Below, in pieces: positions 10,704 through 21,730 of a DNA stretch of 64,000 nt. Made by a program: the position numbers and the translations under genes. Position 1 is the stretch's first letter; every line of letters begins with the position of its first letter. Location of the stretch: contig JBJBCN010000002.1 of NCBI GenBank assembly GCA_047285805.1, positions 192,001 to 256,000 of the forward strand. The letters are read 5' to 3'. This DNA is from Synechococcus sp. (GTDB lineage: Bacteria; Cyanobacteriota; Cyanobacteriia; PCC-6307; Cyanobiaceae). The notes below the pieces were generated by a model that was not told where the DNA came from, made no database searches, and was given only the letters and a program-made list of their open reading frames with translations.

Positions 10704-11618
10704 TTAAAGCCCGTGTAAACGGGCTTGCTCGTTGGCGGCCCGGAAGACCAGGCCGTGGCGCCGCACGAGGGGTTTGAGTTCGTCGTAGCCACCGCCAATC
10801 ACCGTGGCGATTGGAATGTTGCGCCGCAGGCAGCTGTCCAGCACCAACCGGTCCCGGTTGAGCAGGCCGTGGTTGCTGAGTTGGAGTCGGCCGAGCCGGT
10901 CCTCACGGTGGGGGTCAACGCCGGCGTTGTAGAGCACTAAATCAGGTTGCTCTTGATCGAGCAGGGTTGGAATCAGATCGCCAATCGCCTCCAGATAGGC
11001 GTCGTCTCCGAGGCCATCGTCTAAGGCCAGGTCGACATCGCTTTGTTTTTTGCGCAGCGGAAAGTTACTGCCGCAGTGCACCGAGAGGGTGAAGACCCTG
11101 GGCTCGTCGGCAAAGATCACGGCGGTGGCATCCCCCTGGTGCACATCCAGGTCGATCACCATCAGTCGCTGCACCTGCCCTTCGGCCAGCAGGACCTGGG
11201 CGGTAACCGCGCAGTCGTTGAAGATGCAGAAGCCGCTGCCGTGGTCGGGGTAGGCGTGGTGGGTGCCTCCGGCCAGGTGGCAGGATACACCGTGCTCCAG
11301 GGCCAGCCTGGCCGTCAGCAGGGATCCGCCCACCGCCAGCCAGGTGCGTTGCACCAAGGGGGTCGTGGCCGGTAGGCCTATGCGGCGCTGCTCAGCTGGC
11401 AGCAGCTCACCGCGGGCGAAGGCCTGGTGGTACCGGCGGTTATGGGTGAGCTCAAGCCAGCGCCTGGGTACTGGCAGCGGGCGATGGATTTGCTCGTCCC
11501 GCGCAATCCCCTGTTCCTCCAGCAGGGTGCGGAGGAGTTTGAACTTCGCCATCGGGAATCGATGGCTACTGGGCAAGGGGGCCGAGTAGGCCGGGTGGTA
11601 TACGAGCGGCAGGCGCAC
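10704..11618 (-). CDS. Histone deacetylase family protein
   Basis: GGTHHA, GFCIFND, DLDVHQGD and GGGY motifs. Confidence 0.92.
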   Translation of the reverse strand: MRLPLVYHPAYSAPLPSSHRFPMAKFKLLRTLLEEQGIARDEQIHRPLPVPRRWLELTHNRRYHQAFARGELLPAEQRRIGLPATTPLVQRTWLAVGGSLLTARLALEHGVSCHLAGGTHHAYPDHGSGFCIFNDCAVTAQVLLAEGQVQRLMVIDLDVHQGDATAVIFADEPRVFTLSVHCGSNFPLRKKQSDVDLALDDGLGDDAYLEAIGDLIPTLLDQEQPDLVLYNAGVDPHREDRLGRLQLSNHGLLNRDRLVLDSCLRRNIPIATVIGGGYDELKPLVRRHGLVFRAANEQARLHGL

Positions 11619-11627
11619 CGGGCGTGA

Positions 11628-11798
11628 TCAGTCCTCGTCGCCGTCGAACTCTTCGTCGAAGAGGGTGTCCCGCAGCAGACGGTCGACGAGCAGCCCCATG
11701 TCATCGAGCTGGAGTTGCTGCATCAGCAGCTCGAGTTCTTTGATCACCGGCTCCGAGAGCCGCAGGGTGATCGGAAGGGTGTCTTCTCCGCCGAGCAT
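11628..11798 (-). CDS. 56-aa protein, ribbon-helix-helix-like with acidic tail (absent from ORF track)
   Basis: MLGGEDTLPITLRLSEPVIKELELLMQQLQLDDMGLLVDRLLRDTLFDEEFDGDED; fills the gap directly upstream of the deacetylase gene. Confidence 0.6.
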   Translation of the reverse strand: MLGGEDTLPITLRLSEPVIKELELLMQQLQLDDMGLLVDRLLRDTLFDEEFDGDED

Positions 11799-11869
11799 TG
11801 CGGGTGAGCGCTAAGTCAACCAAGTCTGGCGGAAACGGGGCTACAAAGGAGTGCAATCAAGGGATCGCG

Positions 11870-12094
11870 ATGGCTCCGGTTTGGCTGGTGATTTTGTTTT
11901 GGTCCGGGTCCGTCCATGGCGGCACCGCCATGCAAACGCTGCCGATGAAGACCTTCGCCGACTGCCAGAAGTCCCGCGACATGCTGATGGCCCAGCTCAA
12001 GACGAGCCGGGTAAGCAAGAGCAAGGCCCTCAATAGTTTCTGCATTTCTGGATCCGAGCTGCCAGTGGCGGCAGCCTCGGTTCCCGAGTCCTAG
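11870..12094 (+). CDS. Small hypothetical protein (two Cys)
   Basis: ATG at 11870, hydrophobic N-terminus, ADC...SFC pattern. Confidence 0.5.
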   Translation: MAPVWLVILFWSGSVHGGTAMQTLPMKTFADCQKSRDMLMAQLKTSRVSKSKALNSFCISGSELPVAAASVPES

Positions 12095-13023
12095 ATCGCG
12101 GTCGGCACTCGCCGGGTGAGGTGGCGCAGCTTGCGCAGGGCCTTGAGCTCCACCTGGCGCACTCGCTCGCGGGAGACCTCGAGCATGCGGCCGATTTCAG
12201 CGAGGGTGTGGCGATCCTCGCCTTCGAGGCCAAAGCGCAGTTCCAGTACCTGACGCTCTTGGTCGGTCAGGTGCGTGAGCCAGCGGCCGAGCTGCTCCTG
12301 ATGGATGCCGCGCTCCACCTGATCGAGGGGTTCGCTGTTGGTCTGATCGGCAATCAGCTCTCCCAGGAAACTGCGGCCCTCTTCGCCATTGACCGGGGCA
12401 TCCAGGCTGGAGGTGGTGAGGGCCTGGCGCAGTAGCGAGTCGAGCTCGTCGAGGGGCATGTCCATCTCTTCCGCAATCTCCTTGCGGCTGGGCATGGCGC
12501 CGAGTTTGTGGGCAAGCTCGAGGCTGACCTTGCGGATCGCGGTCAGTCGTTCGGAGAGATGGACCGGCAGGCGGATGGTGCGGGACTGACAGGCGATGGC
12601 CCGCGTCATGCTCTGGCGGATCCACCAGAAGGCATAGGTCGAGAACTTGTAGCCGCGGGTCGGATCAAATTTCTCGACCGCGCGCTCGAGGCCTAGGGAA
12701 CCCTCCTGGATTAGATCGAGGAGCTCTAGGCCTTTGCCTTGGTATTTCTTGGCGACGCTGACGACGAGTCGCAGGTTGGCCTTCATCATCCGCTCTTTGG
12801 AGCGGCGGCCGACCCGCATGATCTTTTTCTCGTGAGTTGTATAACTGTCGCCTTTGTCTTCTTCGGCAAGCCGCATCATGGTCTGCACTTGATTACCCAG
12901 TTCAATCTCTTCGGCGGGAGTCAACAGAGGAACCCGGCCAATTGTCGAGAGGTACCAACTAATTGGATCGCTACTGCGGCGACGACTAGCGCTGTTGGCG
13001 TTGGAGCTGGCGGCGGGTGCCAT
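12091..13023 (-). CDS. Group 2 sigma-70 factor
   Basis: ANLRLVVSVAKKY, DLIQEG, GYKFSTYAFWWIRQ and region 4 HTH; no region 1.1. Confidence 0.93.
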   Translation of the reverse strand: MAPAASSNANSASRRRSSDPISWYLSTIGRVPLLTPAEEIELGNQVQTMMRLAEEDKGDSYTTHEKKIMRVGRRSKERMMKANLRLVVSVAKKYQGKGLELLDLIQEGSLGLERAVEKFDPTRGYKFSTYAFWWIRQSMTRAIACQSRTIRLPVHLSERLTAIRKVSLELAHKLGAMPSRKEIAEEMDMPLDELDSLLRQALTTSSLDAPVNGEEGRSFLGELIADQTNSEPLDQVERGIHQEQLGRWLTHLTDQERQVLELRFGLEGEDRHTLAEIGRMLEVSRERVRQVELKALRKLRHLTRRVPTAI

Positions 13024-13153
13024 GGGCTCCTCCTGAAAGGTGGGAAAAATCTCTTACGGGTTTTTTTGAAACCCTTGGGATTTCAGTAACGCTTCAGCTT
13101 TGAGATACGAAAGATCACATCACTTTTGAGACTCGTTTCCACCACTGGGCTGT

Positions 13154-14746
13154 TCAGATTCTGTTAATAACTGTGTATTGTGTTTTTCTCACAACCGCGG
13201 CCAACATTTCGGCAACCCGGCTTGGTGTGGCCCCTCCTGGGCCGTGCTGTTCGCTGGCCTTTTGACCGGCCGTGGCATGGGCGAGGGCGGCGAGCGCCAG
13301 CAAGGATCCATCGGCGGGGAGTCCGCTCGCTTGGGCCAGGGCGCCGAGCCCTCCGGCGTATCCCGCCAGGACATCCCCAAGTCCTGCCCGGGCGGCATCG
13401 GGGCAGGCGCTGCTGAGCTGCCAGCGCGCGCCCGCTGGATCAGCGATCACGCTGCGGGCCCCTTTGAGCAGTACGGCGCAACCGCTCTGCTCGGCGGCCG
13501 CGGCGCAGGCCTCCAGGGGAGCTCGCCCGGAGAGATCCGGGAAGAGCCGTTGGAATTCGCCGCTATGGGGGGTCAGCCAGGTGGGGCCGCGCCGGCTCGT
13601 TAGCCAAGGCAAGGCGGGCCGCTGGGCGAGGCGATTGAGGCCATCGGCATCGAGCACCAGCAGGCCCGGGAAGGTCTGGAGCTGCCCCCAGATCCCGTCG
13701 TCTTCAGGGTGTTGGCCGATGCCCGGGCCGAGGACCACCGCATCGACTCGCTCCAGGGCTGAGGGTGGCAGCGGACGGAGATCAAGTGATCCATCGCTGT
13801 GGCTGGGGAGCTTGGCCGCGAGAACGGCGTGGGGCAGTTGGTTCCAGAGCTGATCGGCCACCGCCTCGGGCAGGGCCGCTCGAAGGCTTCCGAGGCCACT
13901 GGCGCTGGCCCCCAATAGGCTAAGCAGGGCCGCGCCACGGTAGGCATCGCTGCCGGCCAGCAGCAGCAGGCGCCCCCGCTGATACTTCGTCGCCGCGGCG
14001 GCTCTCGTTGGCCAAGGGGCCGTGCTTAGGTCCGCTGCCCTCAGCCGCCTGGGCTGACTCGGGGGCAGGGCCTCGAGGAGCGGGGCAGGAAGCCCAAGTT
14101 CGATGCGCTCCAGCTCCCCCACCCAGGCCAGGGCCCGGTCCTGCAAGAAGCCCTGTTTGATAAGGCCGATGCTAAAGGTCCTTTGGGCGGTGGCGGCGAC
14201 GTGCCCCAAGGGCTCGCCGCGATCGGCGCAGAGTCCTGTGGGGCCGTCGATGGCGATCAGGCGATGCGGTTGCTGCCGCTCGCGCTCCAGGAGAAGTGGC
14301 TCGAGCTCACCCTCCGGCGGCCGGCTTTGGCCGATGCCAAAGAGGGCATCGATCCAGAGGGCTGGATCCCCGGGCTCGGGCGGTGCCTTCAGTTGGGGGA
14401 TCCTCAGCCAGAGGGCCTGGCGCAGGTGGCTTTCTGTGAGGGGTTTGCGCCGCTCAAAGGGGCACCAGATCCGCACGGCGATGCCGGCCAGGTGTAGCTC
14501 ACGGGCGATCACGAGGCCATCGCCGCCGTTGTGGCCGGGGCCTACCAGCACGATCGCCCCATCCGCCTGGAGTGGCGACCAGCAGTCCGGCTCCTGCAGC
14601 CGCCGGCTGACGGCCAACGCGGCCTTTTCCATCAGCGCCTCCACGGGCATGCCGTTGGCGAAGAGCACCTGCTCGAGCTCGGCCATCTGCGCGCCGCTCA
14701 CTAAGAGGTGGTCGGCGTCGCGGGGGGGCCAACAGGGCGGGGCCAA
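13154..14746 (-). CDS. nnr: Bifunctional NAD(P)HX epimerase/dehydratase (YjeF)
   Basis: GPGHNGGDG, DALFGIG, GPGIG, LTPHSGEF and GLGDVLAG; TTG start inferred. Confidence 0.88.
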   Translation of the reverse strand: MAPPCWPPRDADHLLVSGAQMAELEQVLFANGMPVEALMEKAALAVSRRLQEPDCWSPLQADGAIVLVGPGHNGGDGLVIARELHLAGIAVRIWCPFERRKPLTESHLRQALWLRIPQLKAPPEPGDPALWIDALFGIGQSRPPEGELEPLLLERERQQPHRLIAIDGPTGLCADRGEPLGHVAATAQRTFSIGLIKQGFLQDRALAWVGELERIELGLPAPLLEALPPSQPRRLRAADLSTAPWPTRAAAATKYQRGRLLLLAGSDAYRGAALLSLLGASASGLGSLRAALPEAVADQLWNQLPHAVLAAKLPSHSDGSLDLRPLPPSALERVDAVVLGPGIGQHPEDDGIWGQLQTFPGLLVLDADGLNRLAQRPALPWLTSRRGPTWLTPHSGEFQRLFPDLSGRAPLEACAAAAEQSGCAVLLKGARSVIADPAGARWQLSSACPDAARAGLGDVLAGYAGGLGALAQASGLPADGSLLALAALAHATAGQKASEQHGPGGATPSRVAEMLAAVVRKTQYTVINRI

Positions 14747-14792
14747 AACGGCACTGGCGGCTGCAGTTCCATGATGGAGAGAACAGCCACTG

Positions 14793-15992
14793 TTGGCATT
14801 GGCGCGCTTCTCCGCTGTTCCCGTTGTATCTGAGGCCTCCGTGGCGGCAACGGAGGCGGGTGCCTTGGCGATCGAGCGCCTGCGCCAGTGGCCCGGCGAA
14901 CACCGGGTGGCGGTCGGTCTCTCCGGTGGTGTCGATAGCTCCTTGACCGCGGCCCTCTTGGTGGAGGCCGGTTGGGAGGTGGAGGGTCTGACCCTCTGGT
15001 TGATGAGCGGCAAGGGGGCCTGCTGCGCCGAAGGTCTCGTCGACGCCGCCGGGGTCTGCGAGCAGCTCGAGGTGCCGCACCACGTGGTGGATTTCCGCGA
15101 GCACTTCAAGGAGCAGATCGTTGATTTCTTGGTGCAGGGGTACGAGGCCGGCGTCACACCGCTGCCTTGCTCCCGCTGCAACCGCGAAGTGAAGTTTGGG
15201 CCGATGCTCCAGTGGGCCAAAGAGGAGCGCGGCATTGAGCGGATCGCGACCGGCCACTACGCCCGGGTACGCCATGGGGACCAGAGCGAGAACGGCCGCC
15301 ACCAGTTGCTGCGGGGCCTCGATCAACATAAAGACCAGAGCTATTTCCTCTATGACCTGCCCCAGCAGGCCTTGAGTCGTCTGGTCTTTCCCCTGGGGGA
15401 GCTGACCAAGCCCAACACACGCCTAGAGGCCGATCGCCACGGGCTGCGGACGGCGCAGAAGCCAGAAAGCCAGGACCTCTGCCTGGCGGATCACCACGGC
15501 TCGATGAAGGCCTTCCTGGACGCCTACCTGCCGCCGCGCCCCGGGCAGATCGTGCTAGCCGATGGCCAGGTGGTGGGCGAGCACGACGGCATTGAGCACT
15601 TCACGATTGGCCAGCGCAAGGGGCTGGGGGTGGCCTGGAGTGAGCCGCTGCATGTCGTGCGTCTGGATGGGGCGATGAACCAGGTGGTGGTGGCCCCCCG
15701 CCGGGATGCGGCTCGCGGCGACGCGGTAGTGGGGGCGGTGAATTGGGTTTCCATCGCGCCACCCACCGAGCCGCTCGAGGTGGAGGTGCAGGTGCGCTAC
15801 CGCAGCTGCCCCCAGAAGGCCCGGCTGATTCCCCTGCCGGAAACCGAGGCCGATCGGGCGGCGGATCGCCCGCATCGCTGCCGCCTGAAGTTCGCCGAGG
15901 AGCAGTTCTCGATCACCCCGGGCCAGGCGGCGGTCTTCTACGCCGATGAGATGGTCCTGGGCGGCGGCTTAATTCAGCGCGATCACCAGTAG
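14793..15992 (+). CDS. mnmA: tRNA 2-thiouridylase
   Basis: [28 protein letters not shown] and TPGQAAVFY; exact start uncertain. Confidence 0.95.
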   Translation: MALARFSAVPVVSEASVAATEAGALAIERLRQWPGEHRVAVGLSGGVDSSLTAALLVEAGWEVEGLTLWLMSGKGACCAEGLVDAAGVCEQLEVPHHVVDFREHFKEQIVDFLVQGYEAGVTPLPCSRCNREVKFGPMLQWAKEERGIERIATGHYARVRHGDQSENGRHQLLRGLDQHKDQSYFLYDLPQQALSRLVFPLGELTKPNTRLEADRHGLRTAQKPESQDLCLADHHGSMKAFLDAYLPPRPGQIVLADGQVVGEHDGIEHFTIGQRKGLGVAWSEPLHVVRLDGAMNQVVVAPRRDAARGDAVVGAVNWVSIAPPTEPLEVEVQVRYRSCPQKARLIPLPETEADRAADRPHRCRLKFAEEQFSITPGQAAVFYADEMVLGGGLIQRDHQ

Positions 15993-16222
15993 GGGTCGCT
16001 GGAGAGTTCCACCTCGATCGCTCCGCTCTTGCTGGTGGGCACGGTGGCGATGCAGGCGCGCACGGTGTTGCCGTTGACCTCGATCTCGCAGGCGCCGCAA
16101 CTTCCGCCGAGGCAGCCGGTGGGAATCGAGAAGCCAGCCTGCCGCGCGGCCTCCAGCCAGTCGGACCCCACGACCGCCTGGGTGCTGGAGCCGTTCGACC
16201 ATTGGATCTGTACCTGTTTCAT
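15983..16222 (-). CDS. Small 2Fe-2S ferredoxin-like protein
   Basis: [10 protein letters not shown]...RAC motif. Confidence 0.85.
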   Translation of the reverse strand: MKQVQIQWSNGSSTQAVVGSDWLEAARQAGFSIPTGCLGGSCGACEIEVNGNTVRACIATVPTSKSGAIEVELSSDPYW

Positions 16223-17697
16223 CGCAGCAGGGGCTCCAGGTTGACGTGCTGCTCGAAGGCATCGGCGAGGCGAGCGAGCAGGGCTTCCCGCTGACGGCTG
16301 TGGTGGGGTTGTCGTTCGCTGAGTAGTGGCAACCCTTTGCGCGCTCTGAGCTGGTTGAGCCAGCGCCGACGCCAAACGCCGCTCTCGAAGACCCCGTGCA
16401 GGTAGGTCCCAACAACGTTCCCCGCGACCCAGCCCAGGCCCGGTTCGGCGGCGAGGGCCGTGCAGGGCTCGAGTTCCGAGGTCGCCCCGCGGTGAAGCTC
16501 AAAGCCCTCTAGCAGGGCGGCCTCAGCAGCGTGTGGCCAGAGGGTCGGGCTGCTGCATTGGCGTAGGGCCTTGGCGTCTCCAAAGGTGGTGCGCAGTGGT
16601 AGCAGGTTGAGGCCGGCGTGGCTGGAGCCGGCACCACCTTCGAGGCCCTGTGGGTCGTGGAGTTCGCGCCCCAGCAGTTGCATGCCGCCGCAGATGCCCA
16701 GGACCGCTCCGCCCCGCTGGGCGTAAGCCGAGAGCTGCTCCCCCAGACCGCTGCTCTGCAGCGCGCCGAGGTCCCGCAGGGTTTGCTTACTGCCTGGCAC
16801 CACCACCGCGTCGGGGCTGCCGAGGTCCTGGCCAGGGGCAATCCAGTTCAGCTGGATCGTGGGCTCGGCCTCGAGGGGATCGAGGTCGGAGAAGTTGCTC
16901 AGGGAGGGGAGCTTGAGCACGGTGATTTCGAGCTCGGCTTCGCGTTTGCGGCCGCGGCGCTCGAGCAGATCGAGGGAGTCCTCCGGCGGAAAGAGTTCAT
17001 CAAGCCAGGGCATAACCCCGAGCACGGGGATGCCGGTGTTGGCCTCGAGCCAGCGGCGGCCCTCATCGAAGAGCTCGCGGCGACCGCGGAAGCGGTTGAT
17101 CAGCAGGCCGCGGATCAGGGGGCGCTCCACGGGACGGAGCAGGGCCAGGGTCCCGACTAACTGGGCAAAGACGCCGCCCCGCTCGATGTCAGCCACGAGG
17201 ATGCAGCGGGCCCGCAGGTACTGCGCCAGGCGGAGGTTGGTGAGGTCTCGGGATTGCAGGTTGACCTCGACAGGACTGCCGGCCCCTTCCAACACGAGCC
17301 GACCGCCGGGATGACTTGCCTGCAGATCGCCCAGGCCCTGGCGGATGGCGGCCCAGCCCGGCCGGAACCAATCGCGGTAATAGTTCTCGGCGCGGCAGCT
17401 GCCGACCGACTGCCCGAGGTGAATGACTTCACTGGTGCTGTCCCCTTGGGGTTTGAGCAGCACCGGGTTCATCGCGCAGGCGGGCTCAAGTCCCGCCGCC
17501 CATGACTGCAGCGCCTGGGAGTAGGCCATCTCGCCGCCGGCCTGGTCCACCCAGGCGTTGTTGCTCATGTTCTGCCCCTTGAAGGGCAGGGGCGTCTCAC
17601 CCCGGCGCCGCAACACCCGGCAGATGGCGGCCGTCATCAGGGACTTGCCGGCACCGCTGCTGGTGCCGAGCACCATCAAGGGGTTGGGGTTGCTCAA
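16219..17697 (-). CDS. cobQ: Cobyric acid synthase
   Basis: [34 protein letters not shown] and GTYLHG. Confidence 0.95.
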   Translation of the reverse strand: MSNPNPLMVLGTSSGAGKSLMTAAICRVLRRRGETPLPFKGQNMSNNAWVDQAGGEMAYSQALQSWAAGLEPACAMNPVLLKPQGDSTSEVIHLGQSVGSCRAENYYRDWFRPGWAAIRQGLGDLQASHPGGRLVLEGAGSPVEVNLQSRDLTNLRLAQYLRARCILVADIERGGVFAQLVGTLALLRPVERPLIRGLLINRFRGRRELFDEGRRWLEANTGIPVLGVMPWLDELFPPEDSLDLLERRGRKREAELEITVLKLPSLSNFSDLDPLEAEPTIQLNWIAPGQDLGSPDAVVVPGSKQTLRDLGALQSSGLGEQLSAYAQRGGAVLGICGGMQLLGRELHDPQGLEGGAGSSHAGLNLLPLRTTFGDAKALRQCSSPTLWPHAAEAALLEGFELHRGATSELEPCTALAAEPGLGWVAGNVVGTYLHGVFESGVWRRRWLNQLRARKGLPLLSERQPHHSRQREALLARLADAFEQHVNLEPLLR

Positions 17698-18071
17698 AGC
17701 CTCGGCCAGTGCTGCTTGACCCAGTGGCGCAGGCGGGAGGGGAGGCTGGCGCGGGGGATCTCCCCGGACCACTCCGAGAGGACGACTCGGCCCAGGGGTG
17801 TGAGGCGGACCCGTTCGGTCAGGCCCTGGCCATCGACCTCACGGCGGAGCACGCCGAGCTGGATGAGCCAGATGAGCAGGTCTTCGCAGTGGTTGGTGGA
17901 GAGGCGCTTTTGGCTGAGAACCGACCAATCCGCGCGGGCGGCGAGCTGGGTGCTGCTGAGGGCCTCCTGCTCGAGTTCCTCGTAAAAGCGGCGCAGAAGG
18001 GGGAGGCAGCGCACGGCCCGCTTAGCCCGGACCAAGGCCCGTTGCTCCTGCTGGCTAAGGCGGGGCTGCAT
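17694..18071 (-). CDS. Npun_F0494-like conserved cyanobacterial protein
   Basis: [28 protein letters not shown] signature. Confidence 0.75.
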   Translation of the reverse strand: MQPRLSQQEQRALVRAKRAVRCLPLLRRFYEELEQEALSSTQLAARADWSVLSQKRLSTNHCEDLLIWLIQLGVLRREVDGQGLTERVRLTPLGRVVLSEWSGEIPRASLPSRLRHWVKQHWPRL

Positions 18072-18164
18072 CAACAGGTGCGCTGGGATTTGATCATTCT
18101 GGTCATCGGCCGGGCCGGGCAGCCGCGCACCGTTGCCAGAGTGGTCCCAGCTCAAGGACTAGCT

Positions 18165-18725
18165 GTGCTGCTGTTGGCCTCTGCCTCCCCCGCCCGCCGG
18201 CGATTGCTGGAGCAGGCCGCGATTCCGCACCGCGTGCAGGTCAGCGGGGTCGATGAGGAGGTCATCCACAACCTCGACCCGGCGCAGTTGGTGCAGCTCT
18301 TGGCCCAGGCCAAGGCGGGCGCGGTGCTTCAGGGCGGGATCTCTGCTGAGATTTCAGCGGTTCTGGGCTGCGATTCGGTACTGGCCTTTGAGGGGGAGGT
18401 CTTTGGTAAACCGGATGGTCCGCAGGAAGCTATCGCCCGCTGGCAGCGGATGCGAGGGGCCTGGGGTGAGCTCCACACCGGCCACGCCTTGCTTAATCCA
18501 GCCGGGGGAGAGCGGCTGACAACGGTGACCACGCGCGTCCTCTTTGCTGAGCTGAGCGACGCCGAAATCGAGGCCTATGTGGCCACCGGTGAACCGCTGC
18601 AGTGCGCCGGTGGTTTTGCCCTTGAGGGCCGCGGCGGCAGCCTGGTGGAGCGCCTCGATGGGTGTTTCTCCAACGTCATTGGTCTGAGCCTGCCCCTGCT
18701 GAGGCAGTGGTTGTGGGCGGCCTGA
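18165..18725 (+). CDS. maf: Maf family nucleoside triphosphate pyrophosphatase
   Basis: [22 protein letters not shown] and NVIGLSL. Confidence 0.92.
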   Translation: MLLLASASPARRRLLEQAAIPHRVQVSGVDEEVIHNLDPAQLVQLLAQAKAGAVLQGGISAEISAVLGCDSVLAFEGEVFGKPDGPQEAIARWQRMRGAWGELHTGHALLNPAGGERLTTVTTRVLFAELSDAEIEAYVATGEPLQCAGGFALEGRGGSLVERLDGCFSNVIGLSLPLLRQWLWAA

Positions 18726-18805
18726 AGCCTTGCCGAAACCCACTGTTGCCATTTTTCTTTCGCCGTAACTATCGCGAAGACAAGGCCCTCCTTACACCCC
18801 AGGCC

Positions 18806-19063
18806 ATTAAGACCTTCGCGCTTGCAGCTGCATACAGCCTCCTCGTTGGTAGCGCGCTGATGCTGAATGCCAACGCGATGGTGCCGATCCAGCTCTCGAT
18901 GGCTCTGCCGACCGCTGACCACGGACTCCTGGATGAGTAGGCCTCCATGGAGGACGCCTCGGCCCGTTACAGCCTGGAAGTGGCTGATCATGAGTCTCTG
19001 CCCCTGGAGTTCAAGAAGCCCTCGGGTCCCAAGGGCTACAACCTCCTCAACCTGAGCTTCTGA
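18806..19063 (+). pseudogene. Probable pseudogene of a small secreted protein
   Basis: Signal-peptide-like frame starting at ATT, in-frame TAG at 18938, continues to ...YNLLNLSF-TGA. Confidence 0.45.
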
Positions 19064-19125
19064 GGCGCTCAGGGATGGCAGTTCGCTCAGACCCCAGCAG
19101 AATTAAGGGATCTTCCCCTCGGCTG

Positions 19126-19542
19126 ATGGCTCGACGTTTAAGCCTCAGCTTGGCTCTGCTCGCCGCGGCGTCCCTGGCCTCGGGGACAGCCTATGCTGAG
19201 AGCCAGCCCTGCGCAAACGCCAACAGCACCGTTGAGATGTCGCTCTGCATCGCCAAGGTGCTTGAGCAGAAGGACCGTGAGCTTGCGATTGCCATGCAGA
19301 AGGTCGCGGCCGAGGTCTCAGAGATGCCAGGCGGTCAGTTCCATACCCTTTGGAAGGACAATCTGACCGGCTTTTTCAAGACGAGCGCTGATCACGAGGA
19401 TCAACTGGCGGCCTTTCAGCAGGCCCGCCGCAACGCCTGCGTTTTTATAAACTCGATCGCGTTCCAAAGCACGGGATTCGGCATCTTCGTCAGTAAATGC
19501 GAGATTCGCATGACGGATGCCTTGATGCAGTCGCAGAACTAA
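19126..19542 (+). CDS. Secreted LprI/DUF1311 family protein
   Basis: Signal peptide; C..A.ST.EM..C and Q..R...C...C pattern. Confidence 0.7.
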   Translation: MARRLSLSLALLAAASLASGTAYAESQPCANANSTVEMSLCIAKVLEQKDRELAIAMQKVAAEVSEMPGGQFHTLWKDNLTGFFKTSADHEDQLAAFQQARRNACVFINSIAFQSTGFGIFVSKCEIRMTDALMQSQN

Positions 19543-19845
19543 CGGTTCTTCGGCTCCTTGTCGAGGGCATTCATGCCCAAGAGCAGCTGCACATCTGTGG
19601 CTCATCGTGCTGAGATACTGCACTCTTTCGGGGTGCTCAGCACGAGCGAAGCGTTTCTACGAGGACCTGATTGGCCTAATCGGATGTCGCCTCGGCAGTG
19701 GTTCAGGTTGCAGTTACCTGTTTCAAGGTTTCGCGCAGTGAGGGCGCGGTTGCTTTGGTCTCCTCTTGATTGTTGAGCCCCAGATCGTGCATGCCTGAAA
19801 CGGCCTTGCGGACCTCTGCGAGTGTGTCGGGAACATCCTCGGCGA

Positions 19846-20256
19846 TTATTTCGTCGTGTTGTTCAAGGTGGCCTGCAGGGCCTTCTGCGTTTGATCCAGA
19901 TCCACCATCAAGCTGCTGATAGCCGGCGGCTGCTCGTAGGACATCGCCATCAGTGAGGCCATGAGTGGTACCACCAACTGCAGTACCAGCAGGGTGAGTA
20001 GTTCCAGGCTGGAGCGGCTGTTTTTCCCTAGCGGACCAGCACTGAGTTCAACCAGCCCAGCCTCGACCACCATTCCTGAGAGCAGGACGGGGCTGCCGAA
20101 GCGTTGACCGTTGCGTTCGGCGGTGTTCCAGTACCCGCCAGATCCGATCGCGACTGACCAGGCTTTGCACCGGAGATGGTGAATGGCTCCATCCAGGTTG
20201 CTGCCGCCGTGAACACCGTCTACCGCTGCATCCTCACCTGATAAACAGTGCCACAA
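19846..20256 (-). CDS. Hypothetical or degraded ORF
   Basis: Only the C-terminal half looks protein-like. Confidence 0.25.
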   Translation of the reverse strand: MWHCLSGEDAAVDGVHGGSNLDGAIHHLRCKAWSVAIGSGGYWNTAERNGQRFGSPVLLSGMVVEAGLVELSAGPLGKNSRSSLELLTLLVLQLVVPLMASLMAMSYEQPPAISSLMVDLDQTQKALQATLNNTTK

Positions 20257-20267
20257 AGCACCAACAC

Positions 20268-20639
20268 TTAACTCGGATCAACCAGAACGTATTTGACAAA
20301 TCGCAAGACGGCCTTGGCGGCCTCTTGGGCATTTCGGAGTTGTTCGAATCGAAGCAATCGATGTGTTCCTCCTCGTCTCTTTGATAGCGGGTTTTGCTAT
20401 TCATCCGACTCAACGCTTTGAGGTGCAGCGCCTCAAACGCGGTTGTATCGCCCCCCTGATCACGAATGGTTCTAGCGGGGCAGTGTCCCCATGGAAATCA
20501 GCAGCCCCTTGAGGGCTTTCTCGGCGGCTTGGCCGTAGTGCTCGCACGCCTGGCTGTAAAAATGCTTGGCCTGGGTAGACGCTTCAACGGCAAAGTCGCT
20601 CTGGGCTTGTCGCATCCAGGTATTTCGTCGCTGGCTCAT
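20268..20639 (-). pseudogene. HEPN-domain protein pseudogene
   Basis: WMRQAQSD...QAAEKALKGLL, then a stop/frameshift, LKALSRMNSKTRY, a second shift, AQEAAKAVLRFV. Confidence 0.7.
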
Positions 20640-21101
20640 GCTTCCGCTACGCAGAGGGTTCCTCTGGCGATAGCCCTCCCGTAAGGGGCATCTGTTCTCG
20701 CCAGTTGCAGCCAGTCCACTGCGTAGTGCGCCATAGGGTTGGCCAAGACAGCCTCTGCAAGGTGATCGGCTGTTGCTTGATACTTTTCCCGCCAAGACGT
20801 CCACGGGGTCTCAGTCCCCTTGCGCTAGTCGATCCGAACAGCTAATTCTCCGCGCCGTGATACTGCTCAGAGCAGAGGCGGTTGATGCTTGAAGTTGACC
20901 GAGCTGTTCTGCTCGTTTTCGTTCGCGGATCAGCGCGACGCTGGCGGACTTGGCGGCTGGACCGACCATGGGACACGGATATGGATGGGGACAGGCTTTT
21001 GCCTAAGGACGCTTACTGAGATGAATCCGTTGAAGTCAGATATGACGACCAGACGCTCAGACTGACGCTTGGTGCTCTGCGCCCCCCCTATGCCGATTCC
21101 T

Positions 21102-21437
21102 ATGACGGTCTCTGCCCTGCGTCGGTTGCTGCTCGCCGTGGTGTTGCTGCTGGGTTTGAGCCTGCCGCAGCCAGCCTGGGCGGATGGTGACCAGCTGTTT
21201 GAGCTGCACTGCGCGGGGTGCCATCTCAATGGAGGCAACATCATTCGCCGCGGAAAAACCTTGAAACTGGCGGCTTTGGAACGTCAGGGTGTGGCCTCCA
21301 AGGAGGCCATTGCGGCGATCGCGGCCCAGGGCCAGGGGCAGATGAGTGGCTATGCGGAGATCCTGGGGGAGGACGGTGTCCAGCAGGTGGCCGAGTGGGT
21401 CTGGCAGCAGAGCCAGGACGGTTGGCCGAGGTCATGA
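21102..21437 (+). CDS. Cytochrome c6-like protein (c6B/c6C-type paralog)
   Basis: Signal peptide, CAGCH, GGNIIRRGKTL and axial Met in GQMSGY. Confidence 0.85.
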   Translation: MTVSALRRLLLAVVLLLGLSLPQPAWADGDQLFELHCAGCHLNGGNIIRRGKTLKLAALERQGVASKEAIAAIAAQGQGQMSGYAEILGEDGVQQVAEWVWQQSQDGWPRS

Positions 21438-21438
21438 C

Positions 21439-21705
21439 CTAGAAGGCCTGTATCCAGGGGTAGACCTCGAGTGCCGTCCAGATCCCCTTGCGCCAGTAGA
21501 CGTCGTTGCAGAGCAGCTCTTCCACCTGCTGCTTGGACTCAGCCTCGTAGATCCCGAAGACGTGGCTGCTGGTCTCGGTGGGCCCTAGGGTGATCAGCAC
21601 GCCGGCGTCCTTTTGCTGTTGCAGACCGGCGAGGTGCTCTTCTCGGTAGGGGGTGCGCTTCTCGAGCGCGTTCTCGCAGTATGTCCCCCAGAGAACAAAG
21701 CGCAC
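21439..21705 (-). CDS. YciI family protein
   Basis: R.PYREEHL...GP...DVYW pattern. Confidence 0.85.
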   Translation of the reverse strand: MRFVLWGTYCENALEKRTPYREEHLAGLQQQKDAGVLITLGPTETSSHVFGIYEAESKQQVEELLCNDVYWRKGIWTALEVYPWIQAF

Positions 21706-21730
21706 GGATCAGCTGGCGTGTGCGAGCAAG

